From Octopus sinensis (Eukaryota): DNA of 64,000 nt. Both the position numbers and the translations under genes were made by a program. The notes beneath the pieces were generated by a model, which was not told where the DNA came from, searched no databases, and saw only the letters and a list, made by a program, of their open reading frames with translations. Each line of letters begins with the position of its first letter. Positions within the stretch are counted from its first letter, which is position 1. Location of the stretch: the NCBI RefSeq assembly GCF_006345805.1, contig NC_042997.1, positions 207,018,001-207,082,000 on the forward strand. The letters are read 5' to 3'. Of this stretch, positions 37,301 to 49,974 are shown piece after piece.

Positions 37301-40300
37301 ACTCTCCTGAAATTGCTGGCCTTGTGCCAAAATTTGAAACCAAAATTCCAGTGATGTTTATGGTCAATAAAATAAGTACCAGTTGAGCACTGGGGTTGAT
37401 GTAATTGACTTTGCCATTGTCCTGAAATTCCTGGCCTTGTGCCAAAATTTGAAACCAAAATTCCAGTGATGTTTATGGTCAATAAAATAAGTACCAGTTG
37501 AGCACTGGGGTTGATGTAATTGACTTAGACACTCTCCTGAAATTCCTGGCCTTGTGCCAAAATCTGAAACCAAAATTCCAGTGATGTTTATGGTGAATAA
37601 AATAAGTATCAGTTGAGCACTGGGGTTGATGTAATTGACTTAGCCATTGACCTGAAATTGCTGACCTTGTGCCAAAATCTGAAACCAAAATTCCAGTGAT
37701 GTTTATTGTCAATAAAATAAGTACCAGTTGAGCACTGGGTTTGATGTAATTGACTTAGCCATTGACCTGAAATTGCTGGCCTTGTGCCAAAAATTGAAAC
37801 CAAAATTCCAGTGATGTTTATGGTCAATAAAATAAGTACCAGTTGAGCACTGGGGTTGATGTAATTGACTTAGCCATTGACCTGAAATTGCTGGCCTTGT
37901 GAGAAAATCTGAAACCAAAATTCCAGTGATGTTTATGGTGAATAAAATAAGTACCAGTTGAGCACTGGGGTTGATGTAATTGACTTTGCCATTGACCTGA
38001 AATTGCTGGCCTTGTGCCAAAATCTGAAACGACAATTCCAGTGATGTTTATGGTCAATAAAATAAGTACCAGTTGAGCACTGGGGTTGATGTAATTGACT
38101 TAGACACTCTCCTGAAATTACTGGTTTTGTGCCAAAATCTGAAACCAAAATTCCAGTGATGTTTATGGTCAATAAAATAAGTACCAGTTGAGCACTGGGG
38201 TTGATGTAATTGACTTTGACACTCTCCTGAAATTGCTGGACTTGTGCCAAAATTTGAAACCAAAATTCCAGTGATGTTTATGGTCAATAAAATAAGTACC
38301 AGTTGAGCACTGGGGTTGATGTAATTGACTTTGCCACTCTCCTGAAATTGCTGGCCTTGTGCCAAAATTTGAAACCAAAATTCCAGTGATGTTTATGGTC
38401 AATAAAATAAGTACCAGTTGAGCACTGGGGTTGATGTAATTGACTTTGCCATCTCCTGAAATTGCTGGCCTTGTGCCAAAATCTGAAACCAAAATTCCAG
38501 TGATGTTTATGGTCAATAAAATAAGTACCAGTTGAGCACTGGGGTTGATGTAATTGACTTAGCCACTCTCCTGAAATTGCTGGCCTTGTGCCAAAATTTG
38601 AAACCAAAATTCCAGTGATGTTTATGGTCAATAAAATAAGTACCAGTTGAGCACTGGGGTTGATGTAATTGACTTTGCCACTCTCCTGAAATTGCTGGCC
38701 TTGTGCCAAAATTTGAAACCAAAATTCCAGTGATGTTTATGGTCAATAAAATAAGTACCAGTTGAGCACTGGGGTTGATGTAATTGACTTAGCCACTCTC
38801 CTGAAATTGCTGGCCTTGTGCCAAAATTTGAAACCAAAATTCCAGTGATGTTTATGGTCAATAAAATAAGTACCAGTTGAGCACTGGGGTTGATGTAATT
38901 GACTTTGCCATTGTCCTGAAATTGCTGGCCTTGTGCCAAAATTGAAACCAAAATTCCAGTGATGTTTATGGTCAATAAAATAAGTACCAGTTGAGCACTG
39001 GGGTTGATGTAATTGACTTAGCCACTCTCCTGAAATTGCTGGCCTTGTGCCAAAATTTGAAACCAAAATTCCAGTGATGTTTATGGTCAATAAAATAAGT
39101 ACCAGTTGAGCACTGGGTTGATGTAATTGACTTAGCCACTCTCCTGAAATTGCTGGCCTTGTGCCAAAATTTGAAACCAAAATTCCAGTGATGTTTATGG
39201 TCAATAAAATAAGTACCAGTTGAGCACTGGGGTTGATGTAATTGACTTTGCCATTGTCCTGAAATTCCTGGCCTTGTGCCAAAATTTGAAACCAAAATTC
39301 CAGTGATGTTTATGGTCAATAAAATAAGTACCAGTTGAGCACTGGGGTTGATGTAATTGACTTAGCCACTCTCCTGAAATTGCTGGCCTTGTGCCAAAAT
39401 TGAAACCAAAATTCCAGTGATGTTTATGGTCAATAAAATAAGTACCAGTTGAGCACTGGGGTTGATGTAATTGACTTTGCCATTGACCTGAAATTGCTGG
39501 CCTTGTGCCAAAATCTGAAACCAAAATTCCAGTGATGTTTATGGTCAATAAAATAAGTACCAGTTGAGCACTGGGGTTGATGTAATTGACTTAGCCATTG
39601 ACCTGAAATTGCTGGCCTTGTGCCAAAAATTGAAACCAAAATTCCAGTGATGTTTATGGTCAATAAAATAAGTACCAGTTGAGCACTGGGGTTGATGTAA
39701 TTGACTTTGCCATTGACCTGAAATTGCTGGCCTTGTGCCAAAATCTGAAACCAAAATTCCAGTGATGTTTATGGTCAATAAAATAAGTACCAGTTGAGCA
39801 CTGGGGTTGATGTAATTGACTTGCCACTCTCCTGAAATTGCTGGCCTTGTGCCAAAATCTGAAACCAAAATTCCAGTGATGTTTATGGTCAATAAAATAA
39901 GTACCAGTTGAGCACTGGGGTTGATGTAATTGACTTGCCACTCTCCTGAAATTGCTGGCCTTGTGCCAAAATCTGAAACCAAAATTCCAGTGATGTTTAT
40001 GGTCAATAAAATAAGTACCAGTTGAGCACTGGGGTTGATGTAATTGACTTAGCCTCTCCTGAAATTGCTGGCCTTGTGCCAAAATCTGAAACCAAAATTC
40101 CAGTGATGTTTATGGTCAATAAAATAAGTACCAGTTGAGCACTGGGGTTGATGTAATTGACTTGCCACTCTCCTGAAATTGCTGGCCTTGTGCCAAAATC
40201 TGAAACCAAAATTCCAGTGATGTTTATGGTCAATAAAATAAGTACCAGTTGAGCACTGGGGTTGATGTAATTGACTTTGCCACTCTCCTGAAATTGCTGG

Positions 40301-43300
40301 CCTTGTGCCAAAATTGAAACCAAAATTCCAGTGATGTTTATGGTCAATAAAATAAGTACCAGTTGAGCACTGGGGTTGATGTAATTGACTTGCCATTCCT
40401 GAAATTGCTGGCCTTGTGCCAAAATCTGAAACCAAAATTCCAGTGATGTTTATGGTCAATAAAATAAGTACCAGTTGAGCACTGGGGTTGATGTAATTGA
40501 CTTTGCCATCTCCTGAAATTGCTGGCCTTGTGCCAAAATCTGAAACCAAAATTCCAGTGATGTTTATGGTCAATAAAATAAGTACCAGTTGAGCACTGGG
40601 GTTGATGTAATTGACTTTGCCACTCTCCTGAAATTGCTGGCCTTGTGCCAAAATCTGAAACCAAAATTCCAGTGATGTTTATGGTCAATAAAATAAGTAC
40701 CAGTTGAGCACTGGGGTTGATGTAATTGACTTTGCCATTGTCCTGAAATTGCTGGCCTTGTGCCAAAATTGAAACCAAAATTCCAGTGATGTTTATGGTC
40801 AATAAAATAAGTACCAGTTGAGCACTGGGGTTGATGTAATTGACTTTGCCATTGACCTGAAATTGCTGGCCTTGTGCCAAAATCTGAAACCAAAATTCCA
40901 GTGATGTTTATGGTCAATAAAATAAGTACCAGTTGAGCACTGGGGTTGATGTAATTGACTTTGCCATTGACCTGAAATTGCTGGCCTTGTGCCAAAATCT
41001 GAAACCAAAATTCCAGTGATGTTTATGGTCAATAAAATAAGTACCAGTTGAGCACTGGGGTTGATGTAATTGACTTTGCCACTCTCCTGAAATTGCTGGC
41101 CTTGTGCCAAAATTTGAAACCAAAATTCCAGTGATGTTTATGGTCAATAAAATAAGTACCAGTTGAGCACTGGGGTTGATGTAATTGACTTTGCCATTTC
41201 CTGAAATTGCTGGCCTTGTGCCAAAATCTGAAACCAAAATTCCAGTGATGTTTATGGTCAATAAAATAAGTACCAGTTGAGCACTGGGGTTGATGTAATT
41301 GACTTGCCATCTCCTGAAATTGCTGGCCTTGTGCCAAAATCTGAAACCAAAATTCCAGTGATGTTTATGGTCAATAAAATAAGTACCAGTTGAGCACTGG
41401 GGTTGATGTAATTGACTTTGCCATTCCTGAAATTGCTGGCCTTGTGCCAAAATCTGAAACCAAAATTCCAGTGATGTTTATGGTCAATAAAATAAGTACC
41501 AGTTGAGCACTGGGGTTGATGTAATTGACTTTGCCATTGACCTGAAATTGCTGGCCTTGTGCCAAAATCTGAAACCAAAATTCCAGTGATGTTTATGGTC
41601 AATAAAATAAGTACCAGTTGAGCACTGGGGTTGATGTAATTGACTTTGACACTCTCCTGAAATTGCTGGCCTTGTGCCAAAATCTGAAACCAAAATTCCA
41701 GTGATGTTTATGGTCAATAAAATAAGTACCAGTTGAGCACTGGGGTTGATGTAATTGACTTTGCCACTCTCCTGAAATTGCTGGCCTTGTGCCAAAATCT
41801 GAAACCAAAATTCCAGTGATGTTTATGGTCAATAAAATAAGTACCAGTTGAGCACTGGGGTTGATGTAATTGACTTTGCCATTGACCTGAAATTGCTGGC
41901 CTTGTGCCAAAATCTGAAACCAAAATTCCAGTGATGTTTATGGTCAATAAAATAAGTACCAGTTGAGCACTGGGGTTGATGTAATTGACTTTGCCATTGA
42001 CCTGAAATTGCTGGCCTTGTGCCAAAATCTGAAACCAAAATTCCAGTGATGTTTATGGTCAATAAAATAAGTACCAGTTGAGCACTGGGGTTGATGTAAT
42101 TGACTTTGCCACTCTCCTGAAATTGCTGGCCTTGTGCCAAAATTTGAAACCAAAATTCCAGTGATGTTTATGGTCAATAAAATAAGTACCAGTTGAGCAC
42201 TGGGGTTGATGTAATTGACTTTGCCACTCTCCTGAAATTGCTGGCCTTGTGCCAAAATCTGAAACCAAAATTCCAGTGATGTTTATGGTCAATAAAATAA
42301 GTACCAGTTGAGCACTGGGGTTGATGTAATTGACTTGCCACTCTCCTGAAATTGCTGGCCTTGTGCCAAATCTGAAACCAAAATTCCAGTGATGTTTATG
42401 GTCAATAAAATAAGTACCAGTTGAGCACTGGGGTTGATGTAATTGACTTGCCACTCTCCTGAAATTGCTGGCCTTGTGCCAAAATCTGAAACCAAAATTC
42501 CAGTGATGTTTATGGTCAATAAAATAAGTACCAGTTGAGCACTGGGGTTGATGTAATTGACTTTGCCACTCTCCTGAAATTGCTGGCCTTGTGCCAAAAT
42601 CTGAAACCAAAATTCCAGTGATGTTTATGGTCAATAAAATAAGTACCAGTTGAGCACTGGGGTTGATGTAATTGACTTGCCACTCTCCTGAAATTGCTGG
42701 CCTTGTGCCAAAATCTGAAACCAAAATTCCAGTGATGTTTATGGTCAAAAAATAAGTACCAGTTGAGCACTGGGGTTGATGTAATTGACTTTGCCACTCT
42801 CCTGAAATTGCTGGCCTTGTGCCAAAATCTGAAACCAAAATTCCAGTGATGTTTATGGTCAATAAAATAAGTACCAGTTGAGCACTGGGGTTGATGTAAT
42901 TGACTTGCCACTCTCCTGAAATTGCTGGCCTTGTGCCAAAATTTGAAACCAAAATTCCAGTGATGTTTATGGTCAATAAAATAAGTACCAGTTGAGCACT
43001 GGGGTTGATGTAATTGACTTTGCCACTCTCCTGAAATTGCTGGCCTTGTGCCAAAATCTGAAACCAAAATTCCAGTGATGTTTATGGTCAATAAAATAAG
43101 TACCAGTTGAGCACTGGGGTTGATGTAATTGACTTTGCCACTCTCCTGAAATTGCTGGCCTTGTGCCAAAATCTGAAACCAAAATTCCAGTGATGTTTAT
43201 GGTCAATAAAATAAGTACCAGTTGAGCACTGGGGTTGATGTAATTGACTTTGCCACTCTCCTGAAATTGCTGGCCTTGTGCCAAAATCTGAAACCAAAAT

Positions 43301-44569
43301 TCCAGTGATGTTTATGGTCAATAAAATAAGTACCAGTTGAGCACTGGGGTTGATGTAATTGACTTTGCCACTCTCCTGAAATTGCTGGCCTTGTGCCAAA
43401 ATCTGAAACCAAAATTCCAGTGATGTTTATGGTCAATAAAATAAGTACCAGTTGAGCACTGGGGTTGATGTAATTGACTTTGCCATTGACCTGAAATTGC
43501 TGGCCTTGTGCCAAAATCTGAAACCAAAATTCCAGTGATGTTTATGGTCAATAAAATAAGTACCAGTTGAGCACTGGGGTTGATGTAATTGACTTTGCCA
43601 CTCTCCTGAAATTGCTGGCCTTGTGCCAAAATCTGAAACCAAAATTCCAGTGATGTTTATGGTCAATAAAATAAGTACCAGTTGAGCACTGGGGTTGATG
43701 TAATTGACTTGCCACTCTCCTGAAATTGCTGGCCTTGTGCCAAAATTGAAACCAAAATTCCAGTGATGTTTATGGTCAATAAAATAAGTACCAGTTGAGC
43801 ACTGGGGTTGATGTAATTGACTTAGCCACTCTGACCTGAAATTGCTGGCCTTGTGCCAAAATCTGAAACCAAATTCCAGTGATGTTTATGGTCAATAAAA
43901 TAAGTACCAGTTGAGCACTGGGGTTGATGTAATTGACTTGCCATTCCTGAAATTGCTGGCCTTGTGCCAAAATCTGAAACCAAAATTCCAGTGATGTTTA
44001 TGGTCAATAAAATAAGTACCAGTTGAGCACTGGGGTTGATGTAATTGACTTTGCCATTGACCTGAAATTGCTGGCCTTGTGCCAAAATCTGAAACCAAAA
44101 TTCCAGTGATGTTTATGGTCAATAAAATAAGTACCAGTTGAGCACTGGGGTTGATGTAATTGACTTTGCCATTGACCTGAAATTGCTGGCCTTGTGCCAA
44201 AATCTGAAACCAAAATTCCAGTGATGTTTATGGTCAATAAAATAAGTACCAGTTGAGCACTGGGGTTGATGTAATTGACTTGCCATTCCTGAAATTGCTG
44301 GCCTTGTGCCAAATCTGAAACCAAAATTCCAGTGATGTTTATGGTCAATAAAATAAGTACCAGTTGAGCACTGGGGTTGATGTAATTGACTTGCCACTTG
44401 ACCTGAAATTGCTGGCCTTGTGCCAAAATCTGAAACCAAAATTCCAGTGATGTTTATGGTCAATAAAATAAGTACCAGTTGAGCACTGGGGTTGATGTAA
44501 TTGACTTTGCCACTCTCCTGAAATTGCTGGCCTTGTGCCAAAATCTGAAACCAAAATTCCAGTGATGTT
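31363..44569. repeat. 115-bp tandem satellite, about 115 units
   Basis: Unit ccaaaattccagtgatgtttatggtcaataaaataagtaccagttgagcactggggttgatgtaattgactt(a/t)gccactctcctgaaattgctggccttgtgccaaaat(t/c)tgaaa repeats head-to-tail with no spacers. Confidence 0.98.
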
Positions 44570-44775
44570 CTAGTATTTATTATAATTAATAGAGATAGTG
44601 TTTACTTAGTATCAGTTAAATGTTGATTATATTTTCCTGTTTGCTAATGTATTATAATAATAACATATCACTTTGTCTTCAAATATTTTTCTCTCTTTAC
44701 CCACTGAACTCCCCAGTTCACCCCTAATCCCTCACCAACGAAATGATTTTATCTTTTTACTTTTTCATAATTTAG

Positions 44776-46224
44776 TTGTGCTGGACGTTTGTAGAAGACG
44801 ACATCAACTGGAAGGTATGAAGGTGAATGTTCAACCGTTCTGGGTACCATGTGAAGAAAATACCATTTCAAGCCAGCAAGTCCATGACTATTTACTACCT
44901 TCCCAGTTCCATCTGACTTTCTTACAGAAACATCAATTAGTATTTGATTCCAAGTTAAAGGAATTGGCTGAAGTAATTTGGAAAGATTCCAAGAGTAATA
45001 AACTCAAATTAAAATATTCTGAAGAAAATTTTGAAGAAATTGAAAAATGTTTGGAAGATTTATTAAATTCCATTACTGTTGAAATTATTTATGTTCCAGA
45101 TGAAATTTTTGAAGACATTGTCAGAACATTTAAAAGTGAAGATGATAAGAAGTATTTTTATTTTGATTTCCGATATCATAAAGTTCATATTTTGGGATTT
45201 GATAAAAGTAGTGTAATTAAAATGAAAAAGAGACTTTTGGATAATCTTAGAACGGAACGTGAGGATGAGTTAAATATTCACGAAAGATGTATTCTGTCTG
45301 GTCTCGAATTTTTTGCGGATGCAGAAAGACAATTTGAAGGTCTAAAAGTCACAGCTGAAAGTAACAAAGTTATTTTTGAAGGCCAGTATTCCAAAGTAAC
45401 TAATTGTCAAAAGAATATGTATGAAATTCTTCGGTCAATTGTAAAATCTGAATTGTGTTTGCCTTTAAATACTGGAATGATCATAAATAAAAAATCAGTG
45501 AAAGAATATCTTGATGAAAAACTGAGAAACAAGAAATGTATCGGTTCATGGGAAACGGGTGATGGTGATTCAGTAATACTTTATGCAAGTGATAAAACAC
45601 ATCTTTCACTTTTGGAAGAAATCATGAAAGAAACTTTTGTTGCCAATACACTGGATTTTGTAGACAAAATTAAGGATACTCCAATTCATGGAATGTGGCT
45701 GACATATTTTGAAAGTCTAAAAGAAGAGTTTCCAGATTTCTGTTTTTTTGGAGAAGATTCTATTGTTGCTGTTGATGCTGTAGTTAATGATATAAAAACC
45801 AAAATTGATAACTTTAAGCAATCTTTAATTTATGAATCTTATATATCGATGCCTCTTGAACATTTCCTCTTTCTTAAAGAGTTCAAAGAACAGGAAATCA
45901 ATGACTTTAGTGGGAAACATAAAATTAAGAATGTGTGTCTCAAAGATAATAAGTTACACCTGGAAGGAACACAAAACCAAATTAGGAAAATGGAAACATT
46001 TATAGAAAACTTAAGAAAAGATATCAGCTCAAAAGAAGAAAACTTTGAAATGTTTGGATTTCAAGAATTTCTGGAAAATGAAGAAGGAAAGAATTTCTTA
46101 TGTAAAATGCAGAAGCAATCTGAGAGCATAATATTAAATTCAGATTTAGGAAGTGAAACAGATGAAATAGTTAATTTTATATTGGAAAATATGGGAGAAG
46201 GTGCAGCAGCCATTGTGCAGAAAG
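44776..46224 (+). CDS. PARP14: PARP14-like gene, large internal exon (end of RRM-like module plus KH-type linker region)
   Basis: Acceptor tttag|TT, donor AAAG|gttagt, 1449 nt open frame with normal composition. It joins the previous exon as SFKEAC-V-VLDVCRRRHQL and ends IVQK-G, as expected just before a macrodomain GD(I/L)T start. The symbol is family-level only because the macro and PARP domains are not in the window. Confidence 0.7.
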
Positions 46225-46267
46225 GTTAGTAATACCATTTTTTATAGTTAATGTTTCTTTTTAGATC

Positions 46268-46620
46268 CAAGTGTGGTTGAGAAGCTTGCTTCCTGACCTT
46301 GTGGTTTCAGGTTCAATTCCACTCACAGCATTTTGGACAAGTGTCTTCTGTTATAGGTCAATGGTTGGCCAAAGCCTTGGGAGTGGATTTCGTTGATAGA
46401 AACTGAAAGAAGCTCATCATTTATATATACATGTGCGTGTGTGTGTGTGTGTGGGGGGGGTGAGTAGCCAGGTGTTGACAGCACACGATGGTTGTAAATC
46501 ACCATCACACAAGTGATGTTGTGTCTTTTCCAGTTTTCCATGAAAAACATGTCTGACCATGGGGAAATATTCCCTCATTTGGAAACATGTGGCAATTGGC
46601 TACAAGAAGGACATGTTGGT
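46268..46620 (+). mobile_element. tRNA-derived SINE
   Basis: gtgtggttgagaagcttgcttcc..caggttcaattcc (B box)..ttggacaagtgtcttct..gaaactgaaagaagc, the same family as 24070-24485. Confidence 0.75.
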
Positions 46621-46624
46621 AGTT

Positions 46625-47340
46625 CTTATTGTTGTTATTGTTATTATTCATTTACTCACAACAGATGAAACTGTTGGAAAGGAAAAATTCCTAACATCAA
46701 GCTACAACAGAGTAACCTTAGATGCCAAGAACCCTCCTAAGCATCCAAGCTGTCCCTAATAACACTGTTTTCTGGAGCTGTACTAAATTATGTGTTATGC
46801 CTATTTCCTCTATCCATCTGTTCGAATCTTTAGCGATAGTTCCCAATGCACCTATAACTACTGGAATAGATTTTACCCGCACTTTCCATAGTCTCTGTAA
46901 TTCAGTGGTTGGGTCCTGGTACTTTGCTGTTTTTTTCTAAACCATTTATATTGACTTTCTCATCATTTGTGACTGTAAAGTCAATTATCTGGCACTTTCT
47001 ATTCTCTTTACCTACTGCTACTAAACCAAGCCTTCTAGCTTCTATTACTCTGCCAGTCTGAATGTTAAACTCCCACAACATCTTTTATTTCTTACTTTCT
47101 AGTACCTTTACTAGGTTCATCTTCATATTATTAGTATAGTCAAATCTTAGCTTTCTACATACCTCTCTGTGGATTACTTTCCCTAGGTTATCATGTCTTT
47201 TCTTCTATTCTTTCTTTGCCATCATGTTACATTCACTTACTATATGAGTAACATTTTTCTCTTTTGATTTGCATAACCTACACTGGGAATCTACTTAGCT
47301 TTGTCTATTTTGGCTTTCGTCCAATTAGTCCTTAACCCAC
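46625..47340 (-). mobile_element. R4/Dong-like LINE 3' end with (TAA)n-like tail
   Basis: EKTAKYQD..LQRLWKVRVKSIPVVIGALGTI..LQKTVLLGTAWMLRRVL*. The tail reads ttattgttgttattgttattatt on +. Confidence 0.82.
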
Positions 47341-49974
47341 ACAAGAACCGTTCCAGAATCAGAGATCTTACCCATCACTTAGAAACCTACTTCTGAACTA
47401 TGATTGTAGATCCCAACCCAAAACGTTCCGAACTCGGAGTTCCCTCCCAACATATAAGAATTCACCTCTAAACCATGAATGTGGTTTCCAACCCAGTCTA
47501 AGGAACCAACATTACACCCAGTATGAACAACCCAGACCCTGGAATAACCAAAACTCTTCCAGTAGGCCACACCAACAACCCAGACTCTGGAACAACCAAA
47601 ATCCCCTCAGCAGACAACATATCAACGGGGGAAAGAACCACACACACCAAAATACCGCAGATAGAAGAACCCCCAGGAGTAATTTTTTAGGCAAGGGCAT
47701 CATTTTCCACGACACCAGATGGTAGATACCAACCCCGAAAAACCAAAAATAGTGAATCTCTCGAACCTAAACTTGTCGACACCACAAATAAAAATTCTTT
47801 CAAAAGGACTTAAATTCACCCCAACTCCGCAATATCCTAACCTGAGGGAAATACAGAATGACATCTCACACTTTTGCAGAAAATTACGCCTCTCAGAGGA
47901 ATTTTTTGACAAAGAAACAAATAATAATGACGAATCAATGGTTCGTAACAAAAGCAGCTATAATCCCATAAAAGGCAGAAACAAAACCTTAGACAAATTT
48001 TGCAACTACATCTCAAACTTCCCTTATGGTGAACTCCCACAACCTAAACCCAAACCCAACACCAGTAAAAGAGAATGGGAAATCATCCATACGCTACGAG
48101 ACAATCATGACGTCACAATAAAGGAAGCTGATAAGGGTAGTACGGTCGTTATTATGAATACTGAGCAATATAAAAACTCTGTATCTCACCTTTTAGAGGA
48201 TACTACCTACTATGAAAGAGTAGTCGACTACCAGCAATCCAAAACAAAATTAAATTGAAGGCACTCATTTACCAACACCGGAATGACTTAACAGCAAAGG
48301 AATCCGACTACATGACAAACTTTAATTGCAAAACCAGCACACTCTATGGGCTTCACAAGAGTGAAATTATCACAGAAGCTTGCAAAAAGTCCACTTCAAC
48401 CTGCATCACTATACCACATCCCACTGATCTCAAACTAAGACCAATAGTGGCAGGCCCAAGCTGTGAAACACACAGACTTAGCAACTTTATCGATATCATC
48501 CTAAAACCAATACTGAAACACATTCCAAGTATTGTAAGAGATGACCTGGACCTATTAAATCATCTCCCCAAACATACCGATAAAGACGTTTTAATCGTCT
48601 CCTTTGATGTAATAAACCTTTACACTACGATCCCACATGAATATGGACTGAAAGCCATTAAATTCTGGCTAGATAAATACCCCAATGAGATCCCGGAAAG
48701 AATAAAAACGAATTCATTATTGAGGGACTCAAATTTATTCTGCAAAGCTACTTTATGAATTTTAATAACACTTACAGACAGGTTTCAGGAACTGCAATGG
48801 GTACGAAAGTTGCCCCTACCTATGCAAACCTGGTGATGCCCTACCTAGAATCACATATTTAAGAAAAGTCCAAATATAAGTACGGCCAATCTTTCCACAA
48901 ATACCTGTTGGAGAACTGGAAACGCTACTTAGATGATTGCTTCATCCAATCGTCCCACACACTCGACCAACTTATTGACTTCAAAAACCTTATCAACAGT
49001 GTAAATAACCACATCCAATTCACAATGGAATATAGTCAGGACCATCTCCCTTTTCTTGACATTCTAATCATTAAAAAAGGCGTTAACATTGAAACTGACA
49101 TCCACTACAAATCCACTGATTCCGAACAATAACTTCTGTTCACCTCCAATCACCCGAAGCACACAAAGACAAATATCCCCTTCAACCTAGCGAGAAGAAT
49201 CTGCACAATTGTCTCAAATTATAGAACACGAAATAAAAGACTCCGAGAACTAAAAGCAATTCTTCTCGAAAGACATTACCCAGCATCACTAGTGGACAAT
49301 GGAATAGAATGGGCCAAATCAATTAACACTCAGGACTTACGAAAACCAAAACACATCCACAGTACAGTAAATAGCCTCCCCTATCTCTCAACATACATCC
49401 CAAGAAATGCAGAAGCTTACACTATTATATACAACAACATTCCACAGCTAAATCAAGACCCCTGGCTAAAAAAATTACTCACAGCTCATAAAATAATAAA
49501 AAGTAAGAGACAACCTAAATCCCTAAAAAAACCTACTCACCAATGCAAAATTACACAACACAAACCCACCGCCCACCGTCAAAAAATGTGGTCGTTCCAA
49601 CTGCAGGGCTTGCATCCACCTCATTGAGGGATCAACGTACAAGTTCCAGTCAGGACATACCTTTATCATGAAAAATAATTTCACCTGCGCATCAAAAAAT
49701 TTACTCTGTCATAAGGTGTGAAGGGTGCCACGAAGACTACATAGGGCAAACGAGCCTTACCCTCAGAGAAAGGATGATAGTTCACCGCCAACAACTAAGG
49801 GACCCCACCACAAGACAGATACCACTTAGTGGACACTTAGACCTCTGTGCACACAACAAGTCCCCCAAATACTTAGTTTCTTCACTATATCAATGCCCGG
49901 ATAACACCACAAACCAAACACGAATAAATAGGGAAAATAATCTTATTCAAAAATACAGACCATAACTAAACATA

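Noticed and set aside
31389-44554. About 100 overlapping 77-330-aa minus-strand ORFs (MTINITGILVSNFG...)
   Set aside because: They are translations of the 115-bp satellite. The period is not a multiple of 3, so each ORF cycles through the three frames of the same unit. There is no splice or domain evidence.
31363-44569. CRISPR-like regular array
   Set aside because: Units are contiguous with no unique spacers, there are no cas genes, and the context is eukaryotic and intronic.
44673-44775. N-terminal extension of the 518-aa ORF as a single-exon gene start
   Set aside because: The start is a TTG in pyrimidine-rich intron sequence. The acceptor at 44775/44776 joins the upstream exon in frame.
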